From: Promethearchaeota archaeon
GTDB lineage: Archaea > Asgardarchaeota > Lokiarchaeia > Sigyniarchaeales > SOKP01
NCBI GenBank assembly: GCA_011364925.1
Contig: RDOA01000036.1
Coordinates: 1-37,789, forward strand
Direction: 5' to 3'
Length of the DNA stretch: 37,789 bases
The position numbers and the translations under genes were made by a program. The notes under the pieces are model-generated. The model was not told where the DNA came from, did not search any database, and worked only from the letters and a program-made list of their open reading frames with translations. Positions 1-8,828 of the stretch are shown in pieces; the first letter of the stretch is position 1; each line of letters starts with the position of its first letter.

Positions 1-363
1 TCTCATAGGGCATTTTTCGACGCATGAGCCACAATTAATGCATGCATCTTCTTTCACATACCGGGCATGAGATAAAACCTTCACTGAGAAGTTACCAGCA
101 ATTCCCTCAACCTTTTGAACCTCTGATAATGTATGGAGTGTAATATTTGGATGTCGAGAACATTCTGCAAGTTTAGGTGCTAAAATACATATAGAACAAT
201 CGTTTGTCGGGAATGTTTTATCGAGCTGAGCCATTCTTCCACCGATACACGCATTTTTCTCAATCAATTCAACTTTTATTCCTCTTTCGGCTAAATCAAG
301 TGACGCTTGGATACCTGCTATACCTGCTCCAATAACCATAACACTTTTAAAATTTTCAACCAA
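1..363 (-). CDS. hdrA: Heterodisulfide reductase subunit A-like flavoprotein, N-terminal part (runs off window edge)
   Basis: Manual translation from TTG at 363 (GGTGA SD at 370-374): MVENFKSVMVIGAGIAGIQASLDLAERG...IGGRMAQLDKTFPTNDCSICILAPK...CINCGSCVEKCP. Shows the FAD-binding GxGxxG, the HdrA signature LDKTFPTxDC and a ferredoxin CxxCxxCxxxCP motif. Absent from the ORF track because it is truncated. Confidence 0.93.
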   Translation of the reverse strand, partial: MVENFKSVMVIGAGIAGIQASLDLAERGIKVELIEKNACIGGRMAQLDKTFPTNDCSICILAPKLAECSRHPNITLHTLSEVQKVEGIAGNFSVKVLSHARYVKEDACINCGSCVEKCPMR

Positions 364-846
364 ATGATTTCACCAAATGTATTTAGAAAATGCCAATGGT
401 TTAGACTGTTGAAATTTTCATTTTAATTCTAACTAATTTACATGTTCCATTAATAATTTAATTAATCGATTTAATTAGAATTTTAATACTATTTATGATA
501 AGTTTCTTTAAAAGTATTTCTCTTTATGACGAAATATATAACTTTAATAAATGAAAAAAGAAAAAATCTTTATTTTTTGATCAAGATTTCGATAAAAATC
601 GTTTAAAAAAGAATAAATTTTTATATGTTTTTTGGTAATTTAATAATTAGGCTTCACTTCCCTTGAAACAATAATGACATTTTCGTTAATTTTATATTAC
701 TAATTTATTGGTAACCGCAGATGAGACTTAGAATAATGGAAGGTGGAGTATACCACGATAAATTTTTAAGTTGATCAACAATTATAGGTTAATTAATATT
801 AATTATTTATTGCCGCGTGGATGAAAAAAATACAAGAGAGATGTGA

Positions 847-1968
847 GTGTTAAAAACTATGACTGAAAACGAAGTTAAACCTAAATCATTTTTAGATCTT
901 ATAAAAGAAGTACACGAAAAAGGTATTTGTGGAGAATGTGGAGGATGCGTGAGTTTTTGTTCAGCTGCTGATATAGGTGCTATTGATATCTCTTCGAGTG
1001 GTTTACCTTATTATTCAAATGAAGATAATTGTCTTCATTGCGGGATATGCTACTTAATATGTCCCGAAATTCATGAGTTAGACGCAGAATTAAATGCAAA
1101 ATATAATTTCAAACCCCCTATAGGGAATTGGTCAAAAATAGCCACAGCACACGCAATCGATCCTCAAATTCAAAAATTAGCTACAGATGGGGGAGTAGTA
1201 ACTGCAATATTAATTGCCATGCTCGAAAACAACTTAATTGATGCGGCAATTGTATCGAAAAAAATAGGACCGTTTCAAAGAACTCCATTTTTTGCCAAAA
1301 GCAAACAGGATATATTAGATGCAATCGGTACTAATTATAATGTTGAAGGTCCTGTATCGGAGTTAGGGAAATATAATACTTTCGTGCCGACCATTACAGA
1401 ATTAAAAAATGTGGTTAGTTCTGACAAATTCAAAATCGCCGTGGTCGGTGTTCCTTGTCAAATTCATTCTATTCGAAAAATGCAAGAATTAAAAATAATT
1501 CCTGCTCATGTAGTTGAATACACTTTGGGACTGTTTTGTTACGAGAATTTTAAATTTGATGAGGCTGCGCGGGCGAGAATTGAGGAAAGGTTTAATTTCT
1601 CCTTTAATGATATTATTAAGATGAATATAAAGGAGAATGTAATTATAAATCTTAAAGATCGAGAAGATCCTTTGATCATAGAATTCTCTGAATTGCAGGA
1701 TATTATGAGAAATGCTTGTAGAGTATGTGAAAACTTTACAAATTATTATGCTGATATTTCTTTTGGCGGTATAGCTTCAAAACAAGGATTTACAACATCT
1801 CTTATAAGAACACCTGCAGGAGAAAAGATTTATAATCTTGCTTTAAATAAAGGGTATATTTCTGAGCCAGGGGATTCTAATACATCTGTTGAAAAATCAA
1901 AAATGATGGCTCAAATTATTAGCTTTAGCAAAAGGAAAGCAAAAAGAGCAGAAGAATTTCAATCTTAA
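847..1968 (+). CDS. frhB: Coenzyme F420 hydrogenase/dehydrogenase beta subunit (FrhB/FdhB family) with N-terminal 2x[4Fe-4S] ferredoxin
   Basis: CGECGGCVSFC and CLHCGICYLICP ferredoxin motifs, plus DGGVVTA, VGVPCQ, LGLFC, ACRVC and ADISFG FrhB motifs. The real start is probably the ATG at 859. Confidence 0.85.
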   Translation: MLKTMTENEVKPKSFLDLIKEVHEKGICGECGGCVSFCSAADIGAIDISSSGLPYYSNEDNCLHCGICYLICPEIHELDAELNAKYNFKPPIGNWSKIATAHAIDPQIQKLATDGGVVTAILIAMLENNLIDAAIVSKKIGPFQRTPFFAKSKQDILDAIGTNYNVEGPVSELGKYNTFVPTITELKNVVSSDKFKIAVVGVPCQIHSIRKMQELKIIPAHVVEYTLGLFCYENFKFDEAARARIEERFNFSFNDIIKMNIKENVIINLKDREDPLIIEFSELQDIMRNACRVCENFTNYYADISFGGIASKQGFTTSLIRTPAGEKIYNLALNKGYISEPGDSNTSVEKSKMMAQIISFSKRKAKRAEEFQS

Positions 1969-2316
1969 AATTATGGTTCGTATTTCCTATTAAATTCATA
2001 TTTTTATTTGGGAAGATGCTCAAAATTTTTTCTAATATTCCCATGAACATACGGTAGACAGAAGATAAAAAGATATATAAAGTCCTAATTTTATTACTTA
2101 ATTGCCATTTAGGAACAAGTTTGTAAGGTTTTAGGTTTCATTTAAGACGATAGAGAGAACGATTAGCTTTTAAAATTGAGATATAATCAATATTATCTGT
2201 ATATTAATTCCAAATAAAAACCAATTTAAGTTAATAATCAAATAAGAATCAATTGCAATTACATTCCAACGATAGCTTTACATGGAATAAAAAGATTAAA
2301 GAACGAGCGTCTCATT

Positions 2317-2997
2317 ATGAAAATTACAGTTTCGGGCCCAACTCAGAGTGGGAAGTCAAGTTTCATTAAGTATTTTGACGAAAAAGCTCTGAATGTAGAA
2401 GCTAAAGCCAGAGATAATAAGTTTTACACAGTTGGAATGGATTTAGGTAGTGTAAAATTAAATGGATTTGATGTCTTCCTATTTGGAACTCCTGGTTTGT
2501 TAAGGTTTAATGTAATGAGAGATGTAGTAGTTCGTGGGGCAGATGGTCTTATTTTCATATTCGATGCAGCTCATCCGGAAAAAGATGAGGATGCAATCAT
2601 TATCCTGAACGCTCTTAGAAAGGCGATAGGACTTGATACTCCTATTGTGTACTTAGCCAATAAACAAGATATAGCTGGAGCACGCCATACTGAAGTTGTC
2701 AGGACTCAAAACTACTTACGCGATGATGCCGTGGTTTTCCCAACCAGTACTAAAACTGGGGAGAACTTAGATGAAGCGTTAAAATATCTTGTGAATCAAA
2801 TTTACGACCACTATTCTTCCCTTATTAAAGTGCTCCGTGCATACGAAACTGACATAGATGGGTTACAAGAAAAACTCAATAAGAATCCTGTTGAAATGAG
2901 AGATTTATTGAATAACCTTGAAATAAAACGATTTATTGAAGTTGACAGGATAAACAAAACATATAAAGTAAAACATGGCTTAAAACTCCTAATATGA
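2317..2997 (+). CDS. MglA/CvnD-like small GTPase with C-terminal winged-helix domain
   Basis: G1 GPTQSGKS, switch-I TVGMDLG, G3 LFGTPG, G4 NKQD, G5 TSTKTG. The C-terminal ~60 aa has a helix-helix-helix-beta-hairpin pattern (...LLNNLEIKRFIEVDRINKTYKV). Confidence 0.8.
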   Translation: MKITVSGPTQSGKSSFIKYFDEKALNVEAKARDNKFYTVGMDLGSVKLNGFDVFLFGTPGLLRFNVMRDVVVRGADGLIFIFDAAHPEKDEDAIIILNALRKAIGLDTPIVYLANKQDIAGARHTEVVRTQNYLRDDAVVFPTSTKTGENLDEALKYLVNQIYDHYSSLIKVLRAYETDIDGLQEKLNKNPVEMRDLLNNLEIKRFIEVDRINKTYKVKHGLKLLI

Positions 2998-3111
2998 ATT
3001 AATTATAATTAGCAAATCCTCCTCTTATTCTATAAAATACAAATCCTACTTGTTTTTATAATTAGAATTAGATGGATCATTAAAAAAATGCAATTTACCT
3101 TTTAGATTAAA

Positions 3112-3399
3112 ATGATATTAAAACTAAAAATAAAGTCAAATAGTAAAACAAATAAAACACAGCTCTATGTTTGGATCGAAAAAAACAAAGAATTTGAAGA
3201 TGATGCACAACAACTCATTCAATTTTTTAAGGATCAAATTCAAGTGAAAATTAAACTGGGACTACACACTTACTACAAGATTACCTCGGACAATCCTGCG
3301 ATAATGTTATCCCTCCTTACTGCAGTGCAAGAATTAATTCCAGATATTTATTTCAGCACAAATCAAAATCTTGACTTAGAAGAGGTTCCACAAATTTAA
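3112..3399 (+). CDS. Hypothetical protein (95 aa)
   Basis: ATG-start ORF with a protein-like alpha/beta pattern; no recognised motif. Confidence 0.6.
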   Translation: MILKLKIKSNSKTNKTQLYVWIEKNKEFEDDAQQLIQFFKDQIQVKIKLGLHTYYKITSDNPAIMLSLLTAVQELIPDIYFSTNQNLDLEEVPQI

Positions 3400-3480
3400 A
3401 CCTTTTAATTTAAGGAACTACTAATAGGTTTTTTTATTTTGTTAAGACTAACTTAATTTTATAAAGCATAATCATAAATA

Positions 3481-3554
3481 TGGGAGAGGGGGGATTCGAA
3501 CCCCCGACCACCTGGTCCCAAACCAGGAATCATACCAAGCTAGACCACCCTCCC
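3481..3554 (-). tRNA. tRNA-Pro (anticodon UGG), intronless, CCA not encoded
   Basis: Reverse complement GGGAGGGTGGTCTAGCTTGGTATGATTCCTGGTTTGGGACCAGGTGGTCGGGGGTTCGAATCCCCCCTCTCCCA. Acceptor stem GGGAGGG/CTCTCCC, anticodon arm CCTGG-TT-TGG-GA-CCAGG, T-loop GTTCGAATC. Confidence 0.97.
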
Positions 3555-3755
3555 TTTAAAATTGAGCAGATGTTTGATAGCCTATGTGATAATAAGGTAA
3601 TAAAAAATCATAAAAAGACAACAATAAGGATACAAATCTTTTTTCGATTTTTAATTTTTTTATTTCTTTATCCCGTTTAGTAGTAGATTTTGTTAAATCT
3701 AATAAATTAGGCATTATTTAACATCTTTAGATAAGCCCTCAAATTTCGCTTTAAA

Positions 3756-4325
3756 ATGACGAAGACAATTTATTTGCAGAAAATTGGAGAGATCGATTCT
3801 GGTATAGTAATAATTCTTAAAAAGAATTTGAAATGGTTCTTTAAAAACTATAACACTAAAATTGTCATCCTTCCAGATCAATTACCTCTATTAGATTCAG
3901 AGTATGATCCAAGAAGGAGACAGTATGATGCGCTAAAAATTAAAAATCGGTTAACTTCTCAAGCTATAAAAAATAAATTTTGGCGCATTTTAGGAGTACT
4001 GGATGTTGATATCTTCTCAAAATATTTGAACTTTATATTTGGGATCGCCGATCTGAAGAAAACTAAGTCTTTGGGAAGTGCCTTAATCTCGGTTACTCGT
4101 TTAAGAGAAACTTTTTATAGAAAGCCTGAAAATACGGCTCAATTCGAACAGAGAATACTCAAAGAAGCTATTCACGAGCTTGGTCACACATTTGGTTTAG
4201 AACATTGCGAGAACTTTTGTGTAATGCAATTTTCTAATTCTTTAGAAGATGCTGATAATAAACCGCACAATTTATGCGAAACATGTCTGAAAAAGTTAGA
4301 AAATTACTTGAATTATGAGTTCTAA
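3756..4325 (+). CDS. amzA: Archaemetzincin (peptidase M54 zinc metalloprotease)
   Basis: HELGHTFGLEHC...CVMQFS...LCETC, i.e. HExxHxxGxxH plus the Cys4 site; also YDPRRRQY and NFIFG. Confidence 0.92.
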   Translation: MTKTIYLQKIGEIDSGIVIILKKNLKWFFKNYNTKIVILPDQLPLLDSEYDPRRRQYDALKIKNRLTSQAIKNKFWRILGVLDVDIFSKYLNFIFGIADLKKTKSLGSALISVTRLRETFYRKPENTAQFEQRILKEAIHELGHTFGLEHCENFCVMQFSNSLEDADNKPHNLCETCLKKLENYLNYEF

Positions 4326-5332
4326 CCTAAACTGTTTTTTTCAATGAATTTAAGATATAACCGTTCACTAATACTCAAGATCTCTTTATTATGTCTTACG
4401 AGATCTCTTAAATCATCGGGAATGTTTCCTAATCCAAAATAAGCTCCAGCTAAACTCCCCCCGATAGCGCCAACCGTATCGCTATCACCACCTGCAGTTG
4501 CTAGTTGAACGATGCAATCTTCAAACGAGTTAAGGTTTTTTAAAAAGATAAATATGGCACAAGCAACGGTACTCAATGTATATGGATGAACAAACGCTTT
4601 TCCTAAATATTCTTCTAAAAAGTAGGGAGCTTTTACACCTACTTGAGAAAACTTAATTAATCCCGCTTCAATCGAAATTTCGAGGCTCTCTTTAACTCGA
4701 TTTAAAATCTCGATAAATTCTTCCCATATTTTTTCCTGCGAGTGTGAAATTGACGCAATTATTGTGGCAAAGAACTCTTCAATTGAGAAACCAGTATCTA
4801 TGGATTTATCTAATAAGAAAGCTATAGCTCTCGCTATCACAATAGCACCCGCTGCTGCTGCTGGGTGAGAATGAGTAATTATACTTGACTTTAAAGCAAC
4901 ATTTATCAGTTTTTTTATTTCTTTACAAAAAAATAGTCCAATAGGAGAGACTCTCATGGCTGTACCATTACCACCTGAGTTTGATGCTGCTTTTTGCCAC
5001 GGAATTCCATACTTTAACTTTTGAATAGAGGAAATACACCCAAAACCAGGACCAATAGGTGGATCATCGAGCCATTTAACATACTCCCTGATAAAATAAT
5101 TTTCATTAAATCCAGAGCCTTGAATGAGAGCTTCCGCAGTGTGCAGTGTTAATTGAGTGTCATCAGTGTAAGTTCTGAATAATTTTCGTTTGTTTTTGAC
5201 AAATTCTTTAAAATCATCAAATTGTGAATAAATTATTTCCCTAATTACGCCCTCAAACGGATGACCTAAGGTATCTCCAATGCTTACTCCTAAGAGAGTA
5301 CCAGAAAACTTATCTAAATAATCAATTTTCAT
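4322..5332 (-). CDS. ADP-ribosylglycohydrolase (DraG/ARH family)
   Basis: GDTLG, YTDDTQ, GNGTAMR, THSHP and GGDSDTVGAIGG motifs. Confidence 0.92.
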   Translation of the reverse strand: MKIDYLDKFSGTLLGVSIGDTLGHPFEGVIREIIYSQFDDFKEFVKNKRKLFRTYTDDTQLTLHTAEALIQGSGFNENYFIREYVKWLDDPPIGPGFGCISSIQKLKYGIPWQKAASNSGGNGTAMRVSPIGLFFCKEIKKLINVALKSSIITHSHPAAAAGAIVIARAIAFLLDKSIDTGFSIEEFFATIIASISHSQEKIWEEFIEILNRVKESLEISIEAGLIKFSQVGVKAPYFLEEYLGKAFVHPYTLSTVACAIFIFLKNLNSFEDCIVQLATAGGDSDTVGAIGGSLAGAYFGLGNIPDDLRDLVRHNKEILSISERLYLKFIEKNSLG

Positions 5333-5545
5333 ATTTTTACAGAAATTTCTACCAAAATCATAATTAGCTTTGTATTTAATCTTTGTTAATAAACAAGAAT
5401 CTTAGTGCTCAAAAGGGAATGAATTTAGTTATGATTCCTTTAGCAATAATGCTTATAAGTGTATTATTCTACAATATACTTTAATCAGATTTTATTGTTT
5501 ACAGTTACACTATAAATAATATATTACAAATCTAAAAGTTGAGAG

Positions 5546-6448
5546 TTGATGAAAAAACTAGATAAATTACAAAATGTTATTACAGCGATGATTACACCAT
5601 TTGATGAGAATTTGGTAATAGATGAGCAAAAATATAGAGAATTTATAAGATTTCAGATAGACAATGGCTGTCAACCGCTAACTATGGGTACTACGGGTGA
5701 ATCTGCGACGTTATCTCATGCAGAACACCACGACGCGATGAATATCGCTATTGATGAGGGGAAGAAGAGTGGAAAAGATCCCTTCATTTTAGCTGGTGCT
5801 GGAAGCAATTCGACAAAAGAATCTATTTCACTTTGTCAATACGCCGAAGAAGCTGGAGCAGATGGATGCTTAGTAGTCGTTCCGTATTATAACAAACCGA
5901 TGCAACATTCATTAATCGATCATTTTTCAGCTGTAGCAGATTCAGTTTCTCTTCCGATTATTATTTACAATGTTCCCAGTAGAACGGGGCGTAATATGGA
6001 ACCTGAAACCCTATCGAAATTAGCGTACAAAAAAGATAACATTGTTGGGGTTAAATGTGCGAGTGGAGACATTGATCAGATTACCAGAATTATTAAAACT
6101 ACTCCTGACGATTTTATAATTCTTAGTGGAGATGATGGTTTGACCTATCATATTATGGCTCTTGGTGGTAAAGGAGTTATAAGTGTAGCTTCTAACATTA
6201 TACCGGCTAAACTAGTAGAATTCACAAGCACTATGCTTAATGGAAATTGGGAAAAAGCTAGGAAAATGCAATTTGAATTATACGATCTCTTCAAAGTATT
6301 ATTCATTGAAACAAATCCTTCACCCGTGAAGTTTTGTGCTGAAGTAATGGGTCTCATGAATAAAAGGATGAGATTACCCTTAACTCCACCTCTAGAGGAA
6401 AACCAAGAAAAAATTAGGAAAGTGTTAAAAACTCTTAACTTAATCTAG
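5546..6448 (+). CDS. dapA: 4-hydroxy-tetrahydrodipicolinate synthase
   Basis: ITPF, GTTGES, PYYNKP, YNVPSRTG, the catalytic Lys in GVKCAS, SGDD, ETNPSPVK. Confidence 0.96.
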   Translation: MMKKLDKLQNVITAMITPFDENLVIDEQKYREFIRFQIDNGCQPLTMGTTGESATLSHAEHHDAMNIAIDEGKKSGKDPFILAGAGSNSTKESISLCQYAEEAGADGCLVVVPYYNKPMQHSLIDHFSAVADSVSLPIIIYNVPSRTGRNMEPETLSKLAYKKDNIVGVKCASGDIDQITRIIKTTPDDFIILSGDDGLTYHIMALGGKGVISVASNIIPAKLVEFTSTMLNGNWEKARKMQFELYDLFKVLFIETNPSPVKFCAEVMGLMNKRMRLPLTPPLEENQEKIRKVLKTLNLI

Positions 6449-6474
6449 CTTCTTATCATAATCGAGGGATTTAG

Positions 6475-7296
6475 ATGATAAAATTACTAATCCTAGGTCC
6501 AACAGGAACAACAGGAAGAATTATTTCCTCATTGGCTATAGAAGACGACGAAATAGAGGTCGTAGCTGCGTGTGATGTAACACAAATAGGTGAAGAATTA
6601 GGAGCCGTCTTAGCTGTTAACGATCCTAATAACATTCAAATCAACGATGTGAAAAATCTTCAAGAAATCATTAACAAAACTAAACCAGAAGTGGCTGTAG
6701 ATTTTACAACAGCAAAAGCAACTGAGAAAAATAGTATAATCTGTGTGGAAAATGGAATACGGTGCGTAATTGGGACAACTGCTTTGTCAAAAGAATTTTT
6801 AAATCAATTGAAAGACCTTGTAAAAAAGTATAACGCTCCAGCAATTATCTCTCCAAATATGGCTGCAGGCGTGAATGTCTTATTTAAAGTTTCCGAAATT
6901 CTAGCAAATTACTTAAACGAGTGGGATATTGAGATAATAGAGGCACACCATCATAGAAAAGTTGATGCTCCTAGTGGCACCGCTTTAAAAATTGGAGAAG
7001 TTATAAGTAATTCTATAGGATCTAACTTAAATGAAATCGCTAAATATGGAAGAGAAAAAGGTCCGAATAAACGATTAGTTGGAGCTAAAAATGAAATAGG
7101 TATCCATTCGATCAGAGGTGGTGATATTGTTGGTGATCATACTGTATTATTCGCTGGGCCAGGAGAACGAATAGAATTAAAACATCAGGCTCATAGCAGG
7201 ATGTGCTTCGCAGTAGGAGCTATTAAAGCAATTAAATTTATTGTCAAAGCGAAGGAAATAAAAATTTACACTACTAATGAAGTGCTAGGTCTGTAA
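6475..7296 (+). CDS. dapB: 4-hydroxy-tetrahydrodipicolinate reductase
   Basis: DFT, VIGTT, EAHHHRKVDAPSGTA, IRGGDIVGDH; directly downstream of dapA. Confidence 0.96.
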   Translation: MIKLLILGPTGTTGRIISSLAIEDDEIEVVAACDVTQIGEELGAVLAVNDPNNIQINDVKNLQEIINKTKPEVAVDFTTAKATEKNSIICVENGIRCVIGTTALSKEFLNQLKDLVKKYNAPAIISPNMAAGVNVLFKVSEILANYLNEWDIEIIEAHHHRKVDAPSGTALKIGEVISNSIGSNLNEIAKYGREKGPNKRLVGAKNEIGIHSIRGGDIVGDHTVLFAGPGERIELKHQAHSRMCFAVGAIKAIKFIVKAKEIKIYTTNEVLGL

Positions 7297-7320
7297 AATA
7301 AAGAGAGATAAAATTATAAA

Positions 7321-7390
7321 TTAATCAGAGCAGATCAGTATTATCATCAATCTAAGTTGTTTAGATTTCATTACACCAACTCTTCATCGA
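7321..7390 (-). ncRNA. Candidate box C/D sRNA
   Basis: Minus strand reads TCGATGA (C-like), 12 nt, ATGA (D'-like), stem AATCTAA/TTAGATT, TGATGA (C'), 15 nt, CTGA (D). Confidence 0.45.
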
Positions 7391-7487
7391 AACTACGTAA
7401 AGGGTATCCAATCCTTACGCAGCTCATATTTATAATTCTATCTCGTAATAAATAATATTATTTATGTTTAAATTTTTTTTACTTTTG

Positions 7488-8801
7488 CTACTTTAAATGT
7501 TCTGGAACTTTTTGAGCGTTTATTAGATCTTCTAATGTTTCTGCGTGCCTAATTTCATAAATTGAATTTTCATTAATTAGAATTTCAGCAGGTCTAGGTC
7601 TTGAATTGTATGGACTACTCATTACATATCCGTACGCTCCCGTGTCAAGAATGGCAAGATTATCTTTTTCTTTCAATTCTTTTAATTTTCGTTCTTTTCC
7701 AAGAACATCTCCAGATTCACATATAGGGCCCACAATATCATATTCAAATTCATTTCCTTTTTCTTTTAAATCGCAAGGGATTATATGATGATAACTGTTG
7801 TATAAAACGGGGCGAATTAGAGTATTGAATCCTGCATCGATTCCTGCAAAAAGCTTAAATCCATTGTTCTTTATTGTATTTATCTGTGTTAATAAAATTG
7901 TTGATTCTGCTACCAAAAATCGTCCAGGTTCAATCTTAATAGTAATATTACTTCGACCTCCCTTACTCAATAATTCGACAAAAGGTTCAACTACATATTT
8001 CTCATAATCGCTTAAATCTAGTGGTTCCTCATCTGGGCGATATGGAATCCCTAAACCACCACCAAAATCAATGAATTCAAACTCAATATCAAGTGTTTCA
8101 ATCAATTTCTTAACAATACTTATGTATTTTTCAACTGGGTTTGCGAAATCGAGCGCGTTGATTATGCCCGACCCAATGTGTTGATGAATACCAAACCTCT
8201 TAAAACCTGATTCTTTTGCTTTTCTGTAAGCTTCTACTGCCTGTTCTTCTAGTATCCCGAATTTAATGTCTTTGCCTGCTGTAACTGTGTGTTTATGGTG
8301 TCCCGCTCCAAATTCTGGATTAATTCTGAACGAGATGGTTTCTTTCTCCTTCCCTAGTCTATCATAAACTAATACCAGCCGTTTCAGTTGGCTAACACTG
8401 TCTAAATTGACCAGTATATTATTTTTAACGGCGAAAGTAAAGTCCTCGTCAGTAAACATATTCCCCGTATAAATTATCTTATCTGAAGATATGCCTGCTT
8501 TCAAACAAATGTAAATTTCTCCCCTTGATGTGCAATCAAAAGATGCTCCCTCTGAATTTAGAATTTTAAGAAGAGAGAGATTCGAATTTGCTTTTACCGC
8601 GTAATGTATATCGTTCTTCATATATACTCGACTTAAAAGCTCTTTCAAACTTCTATATCTTTCGCGAATAATTTGTTCGTTAGTTACATAAATCGGTGTT
8701 CCGTAAGTTTTAATAAGGTTCAGAGTACTCTGACCTGCGAAATATAATACCTTATCTTTATATTCTAATCCTTTTCTTTTTAACCAATCAGCATAATTCA
8801 T
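7488..8801 (-). CDS. lysA: Diaminopimelate decarboxylase
   Basis: YGTPIYV, YAVKAN (PLP lysine), RINP, KFGI, HIGS, GGGLG, EPGR, GPICESGD, GAYG, YNSRP. Confidence 0.96.
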   Translation of the reverse strand: MNYADWLKRKGLEYKDKVLYFAGQSTLNLIKTYGTPIYVTNEQIIRERYRSLKELLSRVYMKNDIHYAVKANSNLSLLKILNSEGASFDCTSRGEIYICLKAGISSDKIIYTGNMFTDEDFTFAVKNNILVNLDSVSQLKRLVLVYDRLGKEKETISFRINPEFGAGHHKHTVTAGKDIKFGILEEQAVEAYRKAKESGFKRFGIHQHIGSGIINALDFANPVEKYISIVKKLIETLDIEFEFIDFGGGLGIPYRPDEEPLDLSDYEKYVVEPFVELLSKGGRSNITIKIEPGRFLVAESTILLTQINTIKNNGFKLFAGIDAGFNTLIRPVLYNSYHHIIPCDLKEKGNEFEYDIVGPICESGDVLGKERKLKELKEKDNLAILDTGAYGYVMSSPYNSRPRPAEILINENSIYEIRHAETLEDLINAQKVPEHLK

Positions 8802-8828
8802 AGTTAATTACCTTAGTTATTTTAAAAA

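Noticed and set aside
1-363. Selenocysteine in HdrA (and in DsrE/TusA)
   Set aside because: The visible catalytic positions are ordinary Cys codons; no in-frame TGA was seen.
3481-3554. tRNA-Pro as an integration site
   Set aside because: I saw no duplicated tRNA 3' fragment in the window and the flanking genes look like housekeeping genes.
3480-3680. 66-aa ORF MGEGGFEPPTT…
   Set aside because: It is the antisense reading of tRNA-Pro, a typical spurious ORF.
7340-7428. SECIS element (AUGA…GA kink-turn)
   Set aside because: Neither flanking gene shows an in-frame UGA, the helix is only 7 bp in one candidate and the quartet is offset in the other. A C/D-box reading fits better.
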